A stretch of DNA of 64,000 nucleotides from positions 32,001 through 96,000 of the forward strand of contig JAVQSZ010000006.1 of NCBI GenBank assembly GCA_033581555.1, in the 5' to 3' direction. Each line of letters starts with the position of its first letter. The stretch's first letter is position 1. Both the position numbers and the translations under genes were made by a program. Source of the DNA: Nitrososphaerota archaeon (lineage in GTDB: Archaea; Thermoproteota; Nitrososphaeria_A; Caldarchaeales; Calditenuaceae). Below the pieces are notes generated by a model, which was not told where the DNA came from, ran no database searches, and saw only the letters and a program-made list of their open reading frames with translations. Shown piece after piece: positions 18,594 through 27,955 of the stretch.

Positions 18594-19175
18594 GTGGCGG
18601 GGGCGAAGTTGGTCGTCCTGATCAGCGGACAGGCTGCCACCGGGAAGAGCACCCTCGGCAGGGCCCTCGCGAGGAGGCTCGGCGTCAGGTACTACTCGGG
18701 CGGGGACGCGCTGATGAGGCTGGCGAGGAGGATGGGCTACGACGCGAAGGGGAGGAAGTGGTGGGACACGCCCGAAGGGATGAAGTTCCTCGCGGAGAGG
18801 GAGGCGAACTTCGATTTCGACAAGATGGTCGACCAGGAGCTGATGAGGATCGCGGAGGAGCGGCCCGCGGTCATCGACAGCTGGGTCCTGCCCTGGCTGA
18901 TGGACGAGGGCTACAAGATCTGGCTGAAGGCCTCGTTGGAGGTGAGGGCCAAGAGGCTCGCGAAGAGGGGCAGGATGTCCTACGAGGAGGCGCAGAGGGT
19001 GCTGAGGGAGAGGGAGGAGAGGAACAGGGCGCTATACCGGGAGATCTACGGGATAAGGTGGGGGGAGGACCTCGAGCCTTTCCACCTGGTCCTCGACACC
19101 TCCTCCCTCTCGAAGGATGACGTGTTGAGGATCGCGCTGACCGCTGTCAGGTCCTACATCAGGTCGACCCGGTGA
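18594..19175 (+). CDS. cmk: Archaeal-type cytidylate kinase
   Basis: ISGQAATGKST, FDKMVD, KIWLKASLEVRAKR, YGI..DL..LVLDTS. Confidence 0.88.
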   Translation: MAGAKLVVLISGQAATGKSTLGRALARRLGVRYYSGGDALMRLARRMGYDAKGRKWWDTPEGMKFLAEREANFDFDKMVDQELMRIAEERPAVIDSWVLPWLMDEGYKIWLKASLEVRAKRLAKRGRMSYEEAQRVLREREERNRALYREIYGIRWGEDLEPFHLVLDTSSLSKDDVLRIALTAVRSYIRSTR

Positions 19176-19446
19176 CCTCTGAGCCCCACTCCGCCACGAC
19201 CGCCTCCTCTATCCTCCTCTCGAGGCATTCGTGGCAGACGTTGCCTCCGTGGTACCTCGATACCCTCTTCTGGGACTTCGGGACCGGCCTCACGTCGTCC
19301 CTGGGCACTCCGGCAATCGGCCTGCCGCAACTCCCGCACCTCCTCGGGTTCGGCCTCTCGGGCTCGTAATGGACCGCGGTCCTCCCCGAAGGCGTCCTCA
19401 CCTTCACCCTCCTGATCGACCTCGTCCGGAGGGCCCTCGTCGGCAT
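19159..19446 (-). CDS. rpl34e: 50S ribosomal protein eL34 (L34e)
   Basis: VRTPSGR, CGSCGRP, SRYHGGNVCHEC. Confidence 0.93.
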   Translation of the reverse strand: MPTRALRTRSIRRVKVRTPSGRTAVHYEPERPNPRRCGSCGRPIAGVPRDDVRPVPKSQKRVSRYHGGNVCHECLERRIEEAVVAEWGSEVTGST

Positions 19447-19482
19447 CTCCCCTCGGGTTGCCGTCGGACGCGGCCGCCTAAT

Positions 19483-20715
19483 TTACCTGCGTACGTCCCT
19501 GAAGAGACCCGTCCTCTGCGAGAGCAGCGGCAGCGGCGCGAGGGAAGCGGCAAGCCCCAGCAGTCCGAGCTGGAGGAAGCCCTGGGAGGTGATCACCGCG
19601 CCGCCGAGAAGGGGCAGGGCAAGCGAGCTGAGGCCCATGAACACGTCGTTGAGGCCGAAGTACCTGCCCCTCACGCTCAGCGGGACCAGCTCCGATATCA
19701 GCGCCGTCGAGGAGACGACTACAGCGCTCCACCCCAGCCCAATGAGGAACATTCCCAGGTCCACGACCAAGTGGTCCGTCGTGAGGGGTATCGCGATCGA
19801 TCCGAGCCCCGAGACTACTAGCCCCGCGGCCAACACCGGCCTCCTGCCCACGGAGTCCGAGAGTCGGCCCAGCAGCGTCGAGAACCCGAACATTCCTATC
19901 ACGTGTACGGTCACTGCCAGTGAGACCAGCGTCTGGGAGTACCCGAGGTCGAAGAGGTACAGCGAGGAGAGGCCCATCATCATGACCATGTTGCCCTGCG
20001 AGGCCGCGGACGAGAGGAAGACCGCGACCAGCGGCAGCAGGTTGACCGAGCCCTGACCGCCAGACGAACCGCCGTTCGTGCCCGAGGATTCGTCGCATCC
20101 CCCCTCGATCGACCGGGCTATCTCCCTCGGGTCGACCCTCATGCCGAGGACGAGCGGGAGGCAGAGGAGGACGAGGGCCCCGCAGACCAGCCAGACGAAC
20201 GCATAGGGCCTCAGCGAGGTCGCACCCTCCAGGGACTCCCCGACCCACGTGATCGCCGGGGCAGCCAGGCTGCCGACGACGCTAGCCGTGTAGAGTACCC
20301 CGACCGCATAGGCCCTCCGGTGAGGCGGGAACATGTCGGCCATCGCGACCCTGTTCTGCATCGCTATTCCCGCTCCGATTCCGAAGGCTCCCAAGCCCAG
20401 GACCATCAGCATGGGTTCACCTGTCAGCGCGGCCCAGGTGACTACCAGAGTCCCGAGGAACGCGGGGAGCGTCCCCGCCGCGAGCACCTTCCTCCTGCCG
20501 AGCCTGTCCATTAAGACGCCCGACTGGACGACCACCGAGAGCCTCCCTCCCCAGGTGATCGCGGAGACCAGGCCGGAGAGGACCGGAGACCTAGTCATCT
20601 CGAACATCGCGAGAGGGCCCAGCGAGACCACCGACTGGATCGCGAGGGAAGTTATCGCCTGGTGCGCCATCAGTATCCTGGAATTCCGCCTCACCTCCAC
20701 ATCGAGCGGGTCCAA
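19483..20715 (-). CDS. MFS transporter
   Basis: 12 TM helices, DRLGRRK and SDSVGRRP motif A repeats. Confidence 0.9.
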   Translation of the reverse strand: MDPLDVEVRRNSRILMAHQAITSLAIQSVVSLGPLAMFEMTRSPVLSGLVSAITWGGRLSVVVQSGVLMDRLGRRKVLAAGTLPAFLGTLVVTWAALTGEPMLMVLGLGAFGIGAGIAMQNRVAMADMFPPHRRAYAVGVLYTASVVGSLAAPAITWVGESLEGATSLRPYAFVWLVCGALVLLCLPLVLGMRVDPREIARSIEGGCDESSGTNGGSSGGQGSVNLLPLVAVFLSSAASQGNMVMMMGLSSLYLFDLGYSQTLVSLAVTVHVIGMFGFSTLLGRLSDSVGRRPVLAAGLVVSGLGSIAIPLTTDHLVVDLGMFLIGLGWSAVVVSSTALISELVPLSVRGRYFGLNDVFMGLSSLALPLLGGAVITSQGFLQLGLLGLAASLAPLPLLSQRTGLFRDVRR

Positions 20716-20774
20716 TACCTCGAGCAGCGAGACCGACTCCCGATAAGTCTAACCTCGGGCCCCTGGAGGCCCCG

Positions 20775-21263
20775 TCAACCGGGCCTCTTGGCCGGAGGGC
20801 GCTGCTCCAGGACCGGCATCGGGTTGATGACCCTGTTGAGCAGGGTGCCGAAGGCCAGGGCCGTGAGGAAATACCACCCGAACCAGGTCATGCCGCCCTC
20901 GGCGGTGAGCAGGGGGACCGCGAAGCCCTCAGGGACCCTCAGGACCCTGACATCGCCGTAGTGGCCCGCGGCCCAGCTGAAGAACCCCAGGTAGAGCGCC
21001 ATCGTCGCGAACATCAGCGCGAGGTTCTTCCCCATCAGCCTCCCCTGGACCCTCTGGTAGTAGTCCTTCTGCTTCTCGAGCCTGCTCAGGGCCTTCGAGT
21101 CCTTCTCCCTCACCGCCCTCAACATCTCCCTCTGGAACCTCTGCGCCTCGGCCATCAGCATCATGTCCTCCTTGGAGAAGGTGAACCTCCTGAGGAGCGA
21201 GGAGGCCAGCGAGAGCCCGAACGAGAGGAGCGCGATCTCGACCGCCTGGGCAGTGAGGGACAT
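20775..21263 (-). CDS. DUF106/EMC3/TMCO1 (Oxa1 superfamily) membrane insertase-like protein
   Basis: TM, coiled coil, TM, WFGWYFL; position after secY. Confidence 0.85.
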   Translation of the reverse strand: MSLTAQAVEIALLSFGLSLASSLLRRFTFSKEDMMLMAEAQRFQREMLRAVREKDSKALSRLEKQKDYYQRVQGRLMGKNLALMFATMALYLGFFSWAAGHYGDVRVLRVPEGFAVPLLTAEGGMTWFGWYFLTALAFGTLLNRVINPMPVLEQRPPAKRPG

Positions 21264-22711
21264 CAGGCCTCACCGAGGACCCTCGAGATGGCCGGGTACA
21301 TCTCGACGATCCTCTCCCTCAGGAGCAGCGTGTAGTACTGGTAGAGGATTCCGATCATCAGCAGGAGGCCGGTCCCGGTACCGAAGGCGTTGACGTAGCC
21401 GGCTGCGCTCGCCAGGAGCCCGACGATGACCGACCCGATGATCGTGACGACGTCGATGTACCTCCTGATGATCGCGGCCACAACGGTCGGCGCCCTCCTG
21501 AACCCCGGCACCTGCATCCCGGAGCTGATCAGCTGCTCCGCGATCTTCTCCGGCGAGAGGCCCGCGACCGCGATCCAGAACTTGCCCAGCGCGACGCAGG
21601 TCCCTACCATCAGCAGCACGAAGACGACGGACCTGACGGGGTCGGCGACGGCGTCGGTGTACGACGTCGGGCCCATCACGTAGTACGCGAGGCCTCCGGT
21701 GGGCACGGGCTGCTGACCCTCCTCCGGGATCCTGAAGGTCCCGAGCAGGTTGAGGAGCTGGTTCTCGTTGTTCGGGTTGAACCTCGACCAGACGATCGAG
21801 GCGATGTAGTAGACGTTGGTGAAGACCGTCGATGCCAAGATGACCGGGACGTTCGAGACGTAGAGCAGCTTCACCGGATAGGTCCCCCTGTAACCCGCTG
21901 CCCTCGAGTGCGCCACCGGGATCTCGACCCTGACGCCTTCGGCGTAGATCAGGATGCCTATGATCGCGACCGTGGAGATCAGCCCCAGGAGGTCGCCCCT
22001 CCCACCCACCTGCCTGACGAAGACGTCGCCGATCGGCTTCCCCTCGACGATCGCCTGACCGAGCGCGAGGAAGACGCCGTGGTAGTAGCCGTCCTGGAGG
22101 ACGAAGGGCGAGAAGAGGTCGTTGAAGATCTGGCCCGCGACTCCGGCCGCGATGAAGAGGGATATTCCGCTCCCGAGGCCCCACTTCTGGACGGTCTCGT
22201 CGAGGAGCATGATGATGAACGTGGCCAGGACCAGCTGGGCGAAGAGCAGGGGCGCGACCCGGGGCTCGACGTTCCCGAAGAAACCCGCGTAGACGTAGAC
22301 CGCACCCTGGAAGAGCGCGATCACCAGCGTCAGGAGCCTGCTCGCGGCGGTGAAGAGCCTCCTGTCCTCGGGCTTCTTGAGGTCCAGTCTGATGATCTCC
22401 GCTCCGACCAGTAGCTGCAGAATCAGGCCAGCGGTCACTATCGGGCCGATCCCTAGGGTCGTGAGGGTCCCAACGCTCGAGGCGAAGATGATGTTGAGGA
22501 GTGTGGGGCTCACGCCGCCGGTGAACTCCTGCGGGAGGCCGTAGAGCGTGACCGAGGACATCGACTCGTAGATCACGAGCGCGAGGGCCGACCAGATCAA
22601 CTTCTGGCCCAGGGAGAGCTTCTTGCCGGGCTTCCTCACCTCGGGTATTCCCTTAGAGATCGCCTCGAAGGCCCTCCTGAAGCCGGTAGCCTCCTCGGAC
22701 AACTCAGCCAC
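21263..22711 (-). CDS. secY: Preprotein translocase subunit SecY
   Basis: LGIGPIVTAGLILQLL, WGLGSGISLFI, YVSNVPVIL, GTGLLL. Confidence 0.97.
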   Translation of the reverse strand: MAELSEEATGFRRAFEAISKGIPEVRKPGKKLSLGQKLIWSALALVIYESMSSVTLYGLPQEFTGGVSPTLLNIIFASSVGTLTTLGIGPIVTAGLILQLLVGAEIIRLDLKKPEDRRLFTAASRLLTLVIALFQGAVYVYAGFFGNVEPRVAPLLFAQLVLATFIIMLLDETVQKWGLGSGISLFIAAGVAGQIFNDLFSPFVLQDGYYHGVFLALGQAIVEGKPIGDVFVRQVGGRGDLLGLISTVAIIGILIYAEGVRVEIPVAHSRAAGYRGTYPVKLLYVSNVPVILASTVFTNVYYIASIVWSRFNPNNENQLLNLLGTFRIPEEGQQPVPTGGLAYYVMGPTSYTDAVADPVRSVVFVLLMVGTCVALGKFWIAVAGLSPEKIAEQLISSGMQVPGFRRAPTVVAAIIRRYIDVVTIIGSVIVGLLASAAGYVNAFGTGTGLLLMIGILYQYYTLLLRERIVEMYPAISRVLGEA

Positions 22712-23153
22712 CCGTCACCGCGGACCCCGCTTCAGCCAGCTTCCTCGCGGCCGACTCGGTCCACCTGTCGACCACGACCTTCAGCCCCCTCACCGAGAGG
22801 ACGCCCGACCCGATCAGCTTGTCGTAACCCATCGACCTCAGGTCGACCAGGAGCTTCCCGTCCTCGGTCCTCTTCCCGTTCCCCTCCCTCGTCAAGCGCT
22901 CGGCGATCGCGGAGAGCTCGGTCAGCGTCGCGACCCTGAGCTCCTTCCTCGTCGGCGGGACGAAGCCCTTCTCGCCGAAGTGGTCGGGCGCGTACTTGAC
23001 CGTGTAGGTCCACTTGTGCTTGTGCATCCCCGCGTGCCCTCTTCCTCCCTTCGCGCCGTGCTTCCTGTGCTGGCCTATCTGGCCCCAACCGACCGTCCTG
23101 GAGCCCCTCAGCTTCCTGATCTTCCTGAACCTCGTCGGCAACTTCGCCCCCAT
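22704..23153 (-). CDS. rpl15: 50S ribosomal protein uL15
   Basis: KLRGSRTVGWG..QHRKHG.KGGRG.AG, HFGEKGF, DKLIGSG. Confidence 0.95.
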   Translation of the reverse strand: MGAKLPTRFRKIRKLRGSRTVGWGQIGQHRKHGAKGGRGHAGMHKHKWTYTVKYAPDHFGEKGFVPPTRKELRVATLTELSAIAERLTREGNGKRTEDGKLLVDLRSMGYDKLIGSGVLSVRGLKVVVDRWTESAARKLAEAGSAVTGG

Positions 23154-23182
23154 TCAGTCCCCGTTCGCTATTAAGGTCTTCC

Positions 23183-23298
23183 CGGAAAGGCGGCTCGTAG
23201 ACCTTCTCGTCCCCTGCTGACTCGGACGGCTTCTCAGTCCGTCGGGCAGGGCTCTCCAGACCATCGGGTTATCGGGTTACGCCGATCGAGCCTTTCCG
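23183..23298 (-). ncRNA. Candidate structured RNA or 5' leader upstream of rpl15
   Basis: Closing helices GGAAA/TTTCC and GGCTCG/CGAGCC, internal hairpins CCCTGC/GCAGGG and ATCGG/CCGAT; strand inferred. Confidence 0.35.
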
Positions 23299-23349
23299 AC
23301 CTAGGTCGGAGTTCCCTTTATCGCCGGCACGTCGGTTGACCTCCCCGGC

Positions 23350-23883
23350 ATGTCGTCGAGGAGGAGGGTCCAGGTACTAGTCGTCGGCTACAACAGAGAT
23401 ACCTGCACCGAGAGGGCGGCGGAGCTCGCGTACAGGGTCGGAAGGGAGGTCGCGAAGAGGGGAGCGGTCCTCGTGACCGGAGGGCTCGGGGGCGTGATGG
23501 AGGCCGCGAGCAGGGGAGCGAGCGAGGCCGGAGGCCTGGTCCTCGGGATCATACCGCAGAAGGAGATGAGGGAGGCGAACCCTTACTGCGACGTCGTCGT
23601 CGCGACAGGGATGGGCCACCTCCGGAACTTCCTGAACGTCTACTCCTCGGACGGCGTGATCGTCGTGGGCGGCGGCGCGGGGACGCTAACCGAGGTCGCA
23701 GCGGCCTACATCGAGGGCAAGCCGATCGTCACGGTGAAGGGGAGCGGAGGCGTCGCCGACGAGATCGCGGACAGGTACCTCGACGAGCGGAGGACCGTGC
23801 TGATCAGGTCCGCCGCGACCCCGGAGGAAGCGGTCGAACTCCTGATCGGCCTGATAAGGGAGAGGCTGGGCCTCAGGAGTTGA
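23350..23883 (+). CDS. TIGR00725 / LOG-like Rossmann-fold nucleotide-binding protein
   Basis: TGGLGGVMEAASRGA, GMGHLRN, GGGAGTLTE. Confidence 0.88.
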   Translation: MSSRRRVQVLVVGYNRDTCTERAAELAYRVGREVAKRGAVLVTGGLGGVMEAASRGASEAGGLVLGIIPQKEMREANPYCDVVVATGMGHLRNFLNVYSSDGVIVVGGGAGTLTEVAAAYIEGKPIVTVKGSGGVADEIADRYLDERRTVLIRSAATPEEAVELLIGLIRERLGLRS

Positions 23884-23925
23884 CGGCGCAGGTATTTACC
23901 GAGGGCCCGACCTTCCTACCTTCAG

Positions 23926-24609
23926 GTGAACCTGATGTCCCCCAGGTCCAGGAGGGGGCTCGGCAGGACGATAATGCTCGGGGCCTTGGGCGTCTCGGTT
24001 GGACTCGCGGTCGCGATCGTGGTGCTCGCTTTCCTTCCGTCGACGCCGATTATCGGCCCAAGGGGCTACGAGCCGACGATCAAAATCACCGGGGGTAAGC
24101 TGGCGCCGCTCGAGCTGACCGACAAGAACGGCCAGAGGTTCACGCTCGAGATGGTCAAGGGGAAGCCGGTCTTCATCTACTTCGGGTACACCAACTGCCC
24201 CGACGTCTGCCCGATCGTGCTCCAGAAGTTCAAGAAGACGATCGAGGTGCTGGGGAGGGACGCGGACAGAATGGCCTTCATCTTCGTCTCGGTCGACCCA
24301 TGGAGGGACACACCCGAGGCGATGAAGGAGTACGTCGACAGGTACTTCCACCCGAAGATCATCGCTCTGACAGGGACCGAGGCGGAGATCACGAAGGTCA
24401 TCCTCGACTACAAGATCCCGGTCTTCTACACCGACGAGAGGGGGAACCCGGTCGACCCGACGAAGCTCCCACCAGGCTCGAGGTACTTCGTGAACCACTT
24501 CAGCTGGGTCCTAGGCGCCGACAGGAACCATCAGCTCTTACTGGCTCTTACGCCCGAGATGGAGGACAGGGAGTACATCGAGGCCGCGAGGTACCTGCTC
24601 TCGAGATGA
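23926..24609 (+). CDS. SCO1/SenC copper chaperone
   Basis: TM anchor, FGYTNCPDVCP, SVDPWRDT, distal His (VNHFS). Confidence 0.92.
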   Translation: MNLMSPRSRRGLGRTIMLGALGVSVGLAVAIVVLAFLPSTPIIGPRGYEPTIKITGGKLAPLELTDKNGQRFTLEMVKGKPVFIYFGYTNCPDVCPIVLQKFKKTIEVLGRDADRMAFIFVSVDPWRDTPEAMKEYVDRYFHPKIIALTGTEAEITKVILDYKIPVFYTDERGNPVDPTKLPPGSRYFVNHFSWVLGADRNHQLLLALTPEMEDREYIEAARYLLSR

Positions 24610-25157
24610 AGCCGGCCGTCCTGCTGCTGATCGCACTCGCATCCGCCGGCACGACGAACTCGACCTCCTACTCACCGCCGGGCTTCGAGGTCTACGAGTT
24701 CAGCCAGCTGGTCTGCGTGATGCGGCAGGTCGGGGACTACAGGATCCAGGTGCTCCTCGAGCCCACCAACCCGATCGCGGGCTCTCCGACCAAGATCACC
24801 GCGGTGATCAGCACGCTGGACGGCAGGGCCGCGAGGGTCCACGTTGCGCTCCTGATCGCGACCGAGTTGCTCCCGGAGGACTTCATCAAGCCCGTCGAGG
24901 TGAGGAACGGCGTCTTCTCGGTCGAGCATGCGTTCCAGAGACCCGGCAGGTACGTCCTCGGGTTCATGGTCCTCGGTGAGAACGGCACCTACCTCGTCAA
25001 CGTCCCGGTCACCGTAATGGAGGGCAGCAGCGCCTTCCTTTCATCGCTCCTGGTCTTCTCGACGGTCCTCGCGGCCTTCTGGGGCGTCGCGGCACTCCTC
25101 AGCATCGCGTTGGTCAGGGAGAGGAGGCACCCGAAGGGATCAGCTCGCGGAGCTTGA
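24606..25157 (+). CDS. Exported Ig-like (YtkA/FixH-like) protein with C-terminal TM anchor
   Basis: ATG overlaps SCO stop (ATGA); signal peptide, GVFSVEHAFQRPGRY, C-terminal TM helix. Confidence 0.6.
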   Translation: MKPAVLLLIALASAGTTNSTSYSPPGFEVYEFSQLVCVMRQVGDYRIQVLLEPTNPIAGSPTKITAVISTLDGRAARVHVALLIATELLPEDFIKPVEVRNGVFSVEHAFQRPGRYVLGFMVLGENGTYLVNVPVTVMEGSSAFLSSLLVFSTVLAAFWGVAALLSIALVRERRHPKGSARGA

Positions 25158-25196
25158 CCCGTGAAGCCCTGCAGTTCCCCTGAAACCCCCGACGCC

Positions 25197-27764
25197 CTAC
25201 TGCGCAGGTGCCCTCCCGACCCTACGACTCCTCGGTGGCAACCCCTTGAGGACGAGAACGAGCGCGGACGACGCTATAGGGACTGAAAGAACTGCAGTCA
25301 TCAGAGACCAGACCAGAGAGGAGTTCGCGTCATCGACGACCGCCGACGACATCGAGGAGGAAGAGAGGGCTGCCCTGATCAGGACGTATCCGGTCCGGGG
25401 AGGGACTACGATCAGTCCGGAGTAGGTGTAGCCGGCCCTGTCGCGATACTGGCCGTCGAGCGCGTATTCGAAGCTCCGATCGCGGGCCGAGTTCAGGAGG
25501 ACTATCCCGTTCTCGAACCTCCTGACGAAGAGGGCACCCTGCCTGTCTCCGTTCACGACCTCAAGCCTACCCAGTGGCCTTCCGATGGGGAGATAGAAGT
25601 CCTCTAGGACGTATGATCTAAGATAACCGCGCTCATCGTCCCGGATGTGTACGTACGTGTTAGGCCCGTTGACCAAGTAAAGGGCCGCGACGACGAAGTT
25701 CACCACCCTCCTCACTTCGGGCCGCGCTCCTGCTGGGTTACTGTTCCATGCGTTGATGTAATCAAGTGGGAGCTCGTCCGCCAGCACGACGATCCTGTCC
25801 TTTGGGTAATCCCTGAGTGCCATAAACATGTCGTAGTAGATGCGAGAATCGTTGAAGAAACCTCTGAAGATCCGGGTGAAATATTCGAGAAAGATGCCGC
25901 CGTATCCGAACTCATTGAGCGTCTGGAACTGTAATTGGTCGAATACCCCCAGATTGGGGATGATCACCCTCTTCGGCTCCGGGTCGAGAAGACTCCTCTT
26001 AATCTCCCTCAACATATCGCGCAGAACGGGAAGCCTGTCCTCCCTTCGCGGATATTCAGAGGGGGGTTCGCCCTGCATGTCCCAGAGGTAGTAGAAGTTG
26101 AAGAAGTTGTCGTGGAAGAGGTGCGAGGAGAGCGTGGGGTTGTAGAAGCCTGCCATAATGTGGCGCTCCTCTATGCTCACTATCGCAGCTTTGACAGCTT
26201 CGGGGTTACCTATGTCGACCAGGAACTCACAGTACTTCTCCCTGACCACGTAACCTCCCCGTCCGTCGGGCCTGAGGTACCTAGTGTTCGTGGAATTGGT
26301 GAGCAACCATCCCTCATCGAAGCGCACCCGGTAATTATAATACGGAACGAATTCGTATACCGGCCTGCCGCCCTCCTGTCTGAGCATACAGGGAAGAGGA
26401 TTGCTGTCGTTTCGCCTGCTGGTCATGAGGGAAGGGTCGTTGAAATAATGTAAGTGCACCGACTCAGGCTTCAGGCCCTTCACGATCTTAGCCTCCACGT
26501 CACCCCCGAGCAGGAGGTCCATCCTCTGGGCGAGCTCCAGCACGTCAGTGTTCCAAATCTCGTTGTGGATCGCGGCCAGCTTGAAGTTGATTCGGTCCCT
26601 CCCTATGAGCGGAAGTCTCTTGACCGGCTCGGTCCTCAACACGAAGTTGTCGAGCCAGATAGTCCCTGAACATGCCCCGAAGCACGTTACATACACCAAA
26701 GCGTTGAAAGCAGCAGCGTTCTCCGGGACGACCGTCGAAAACGTCACCTGTCGCCAGTTAACCGACGAGTTCCGGGTCCTCAGGACCTCATGCCCGGAGA
26801 GGTATTCGTAATTGCCGTCCCTTCTGGCCAAAAAGTTGAACTGGACCCTTATCTCTAGATTCTCGACGACTGGGCTGGTCTTGTAGTGGAAGGTGAAGAC
26901 GACCGTATCGCCGGGCCTCGGGTAGTAGGCCGCGTATGCGGGATTCATGTTCCTTATCATCCTGGTGAGCAACATGAGGGTCGTGTCCTGTCCCGACTGG
27001 TCTGCCCTCCGTACGACGATTTTCTGGCTGCCGGCCCCGGACGCACGGTCTACGAAGTCGATGGAGAAGACCGCCTCCGCCCCTCTCAAGCCCCTTGGAT
27101 ACCGCTCCCAGTTCCACATGACCCAGAAGAGGTCCGAGACCGGAGCCCGGAAACCCCAGCCACTTATGTTCACTGAGGCCGTCTCGAGCTCGCCGAGCCC
27201 GCCGAAATAGTTGGTGATGTAGAGCCCGTGAGGCGTCGCGGTCTCCATGACGGTGTTGGACGGCCTGCTGACCGTGTTACCCCGAAAAGCCCTGACCCTG
27301 TAGTAGTAGGTCCTCTCTGCCTGAACGGTCCTGTCGGTGTAAGAGGCCTCGTTCTGACCGGTCCTCCCTATCGCTGAGAACGTCTGCCCATCATCGCTCC
27401 TCTCGACGACGAACCCCTCCTCGTCAACCGAGTTGTCCTGCCACGCGAGGGAGATGTGCCTGTAGTCAGCCCCAGTTACCCTGAGGTCGGTGGGGGGCGA
27501 GAGGGCCCACGTCACCGTAGTCGTGACCGTCCTAGTTACGGTCCTGTAATCGGTGGTGGTCTGCGTTCGCGTCTCGGTAACCCTAGTAGCCGAGGTAATA
27601 GTCTCGTGAAGCGTGATCGCCCTGGTCACCGTCAGCCCGATCGTGCTCGTCCTCCACTGGGTCTCCGTCTCGGTCTGTGTGATTACGGGCGCGGTGTAAC
27701 GGCCGAACGCGAAACTAGACACGAGTGCGAGGAGGACGACGATGACGGTCAGAGCAGTCTTCAC
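25197..27764 (-). CDS. Cell-surface protein: Thr-rich linker, FN3 domain, CBM-like domain, putative TIM-barrel glycoside hydrolase, C-terminal TM
   Basis: Signal peptide; LAWQDNS.DEEGF.VERS..YYYRVRA (FN3); WLDNF (CBM-like); HDN..LEYF; FVRRFENGIVLLN. Confidence 0.65.
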   Translation of the reverse strand: MKTALTVIVVLLALVSSFAFGRYTAPVITQTETETQWRTSTIGLTVTRAITLHETITSATRVTETRTQTTTDYRTVTRTVTTTVTWALSPPTDLRVTGADYRHISLAWQDNSVDEEGFVVERSDDGQTFSAIGRTGQNEASYTDRTVQAERTYYYRVRAFRGNTVSRPSNTVMETATPHGLYITNYFGGLGELETASVNISGWGFRAPVSDLFWVMWNWERYPRGLRGAEAVFSIDFVDRASGAGSQKIVVRRADQSGQDTTLMLLTRMIRNMNPAYAAYYPRPGDTVVFTFHYKTSPVVENLEIRVQFNFLARRDGNYEYLSGHEVLRTRNSSVNWRQVTFSTVVPENAAAFNALVYVTCFGACSGTIWLDNFVLRTEPVKRLPLIGRDRINFKLAAIHNEIWNTDVLELAQRMDLLLGGDVEAKIVKGLKPESVHLHYFNDPSLMTSRRNDSNPLPCMLRQEGGRPVYEFVPYYNYRVRFDEGWLLTNSTNTRYLRPDGRGGYVVREKYCEFLVDIGNPEAVKAAIVSIEERHIMAGFYNPTLSSHLFHDNFFNFYYLWDMQGEPPSEYPRREDRLPVLRDMLREIKRSLLDPEPKRVIIPNLGVFDQLQFQTLNEFGYGGIFLEYFTRIFRGFFNDSRIYYDMFMALRDYPKDRIVVLADELPLDYINAWNSNPAGARPEVRRVVNFVVAALYLVNGPNTYVHIRDDERGYLRSYVLEDFYLPIGRPLGRLEVVNGDRQGALFVRRFENGIVLLNSARDRSFEYALDGQYRDRAGYTYSGLIVVPPRTGYVLIRAALSSSSMSSAVVDDANSSLVWSLMTAVLSVPIASSALVLVLKGLPPRSRRVGRAPAQ

Positions 27765-27955
27765 GGTCGGCCCGGGCCGCCTATCACATTAAAGGTTTCC
27801 ATGACCTCTGTGAAGCAGGTTGACCTGACCCGGCGCGGCAAGCTCGGGACGCAGCGGGTGCGGAGGGCCCTGTGCTGGCCCGAAGAACCGTGAAAGGCGT
27901 TGGGGCATACTTCGGGACCGCGGATTTATACCGGTAGAGGCGTCGATGTGGGGAA

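Noticed and set aside
23183-23298. Possible 5S rRNA or SRP RNA based on size and GTAACCCGA
   Set aside because: Conserved 5S loops and the SRP helix 8 motif are absent; kept only as an unknown RNA candidate
27500-27690. Thr-rich repetitive tracts (also about 33730-33860)
   Set aside because: Ordinary linkers of archaeal surface proteins, not DNA repeats
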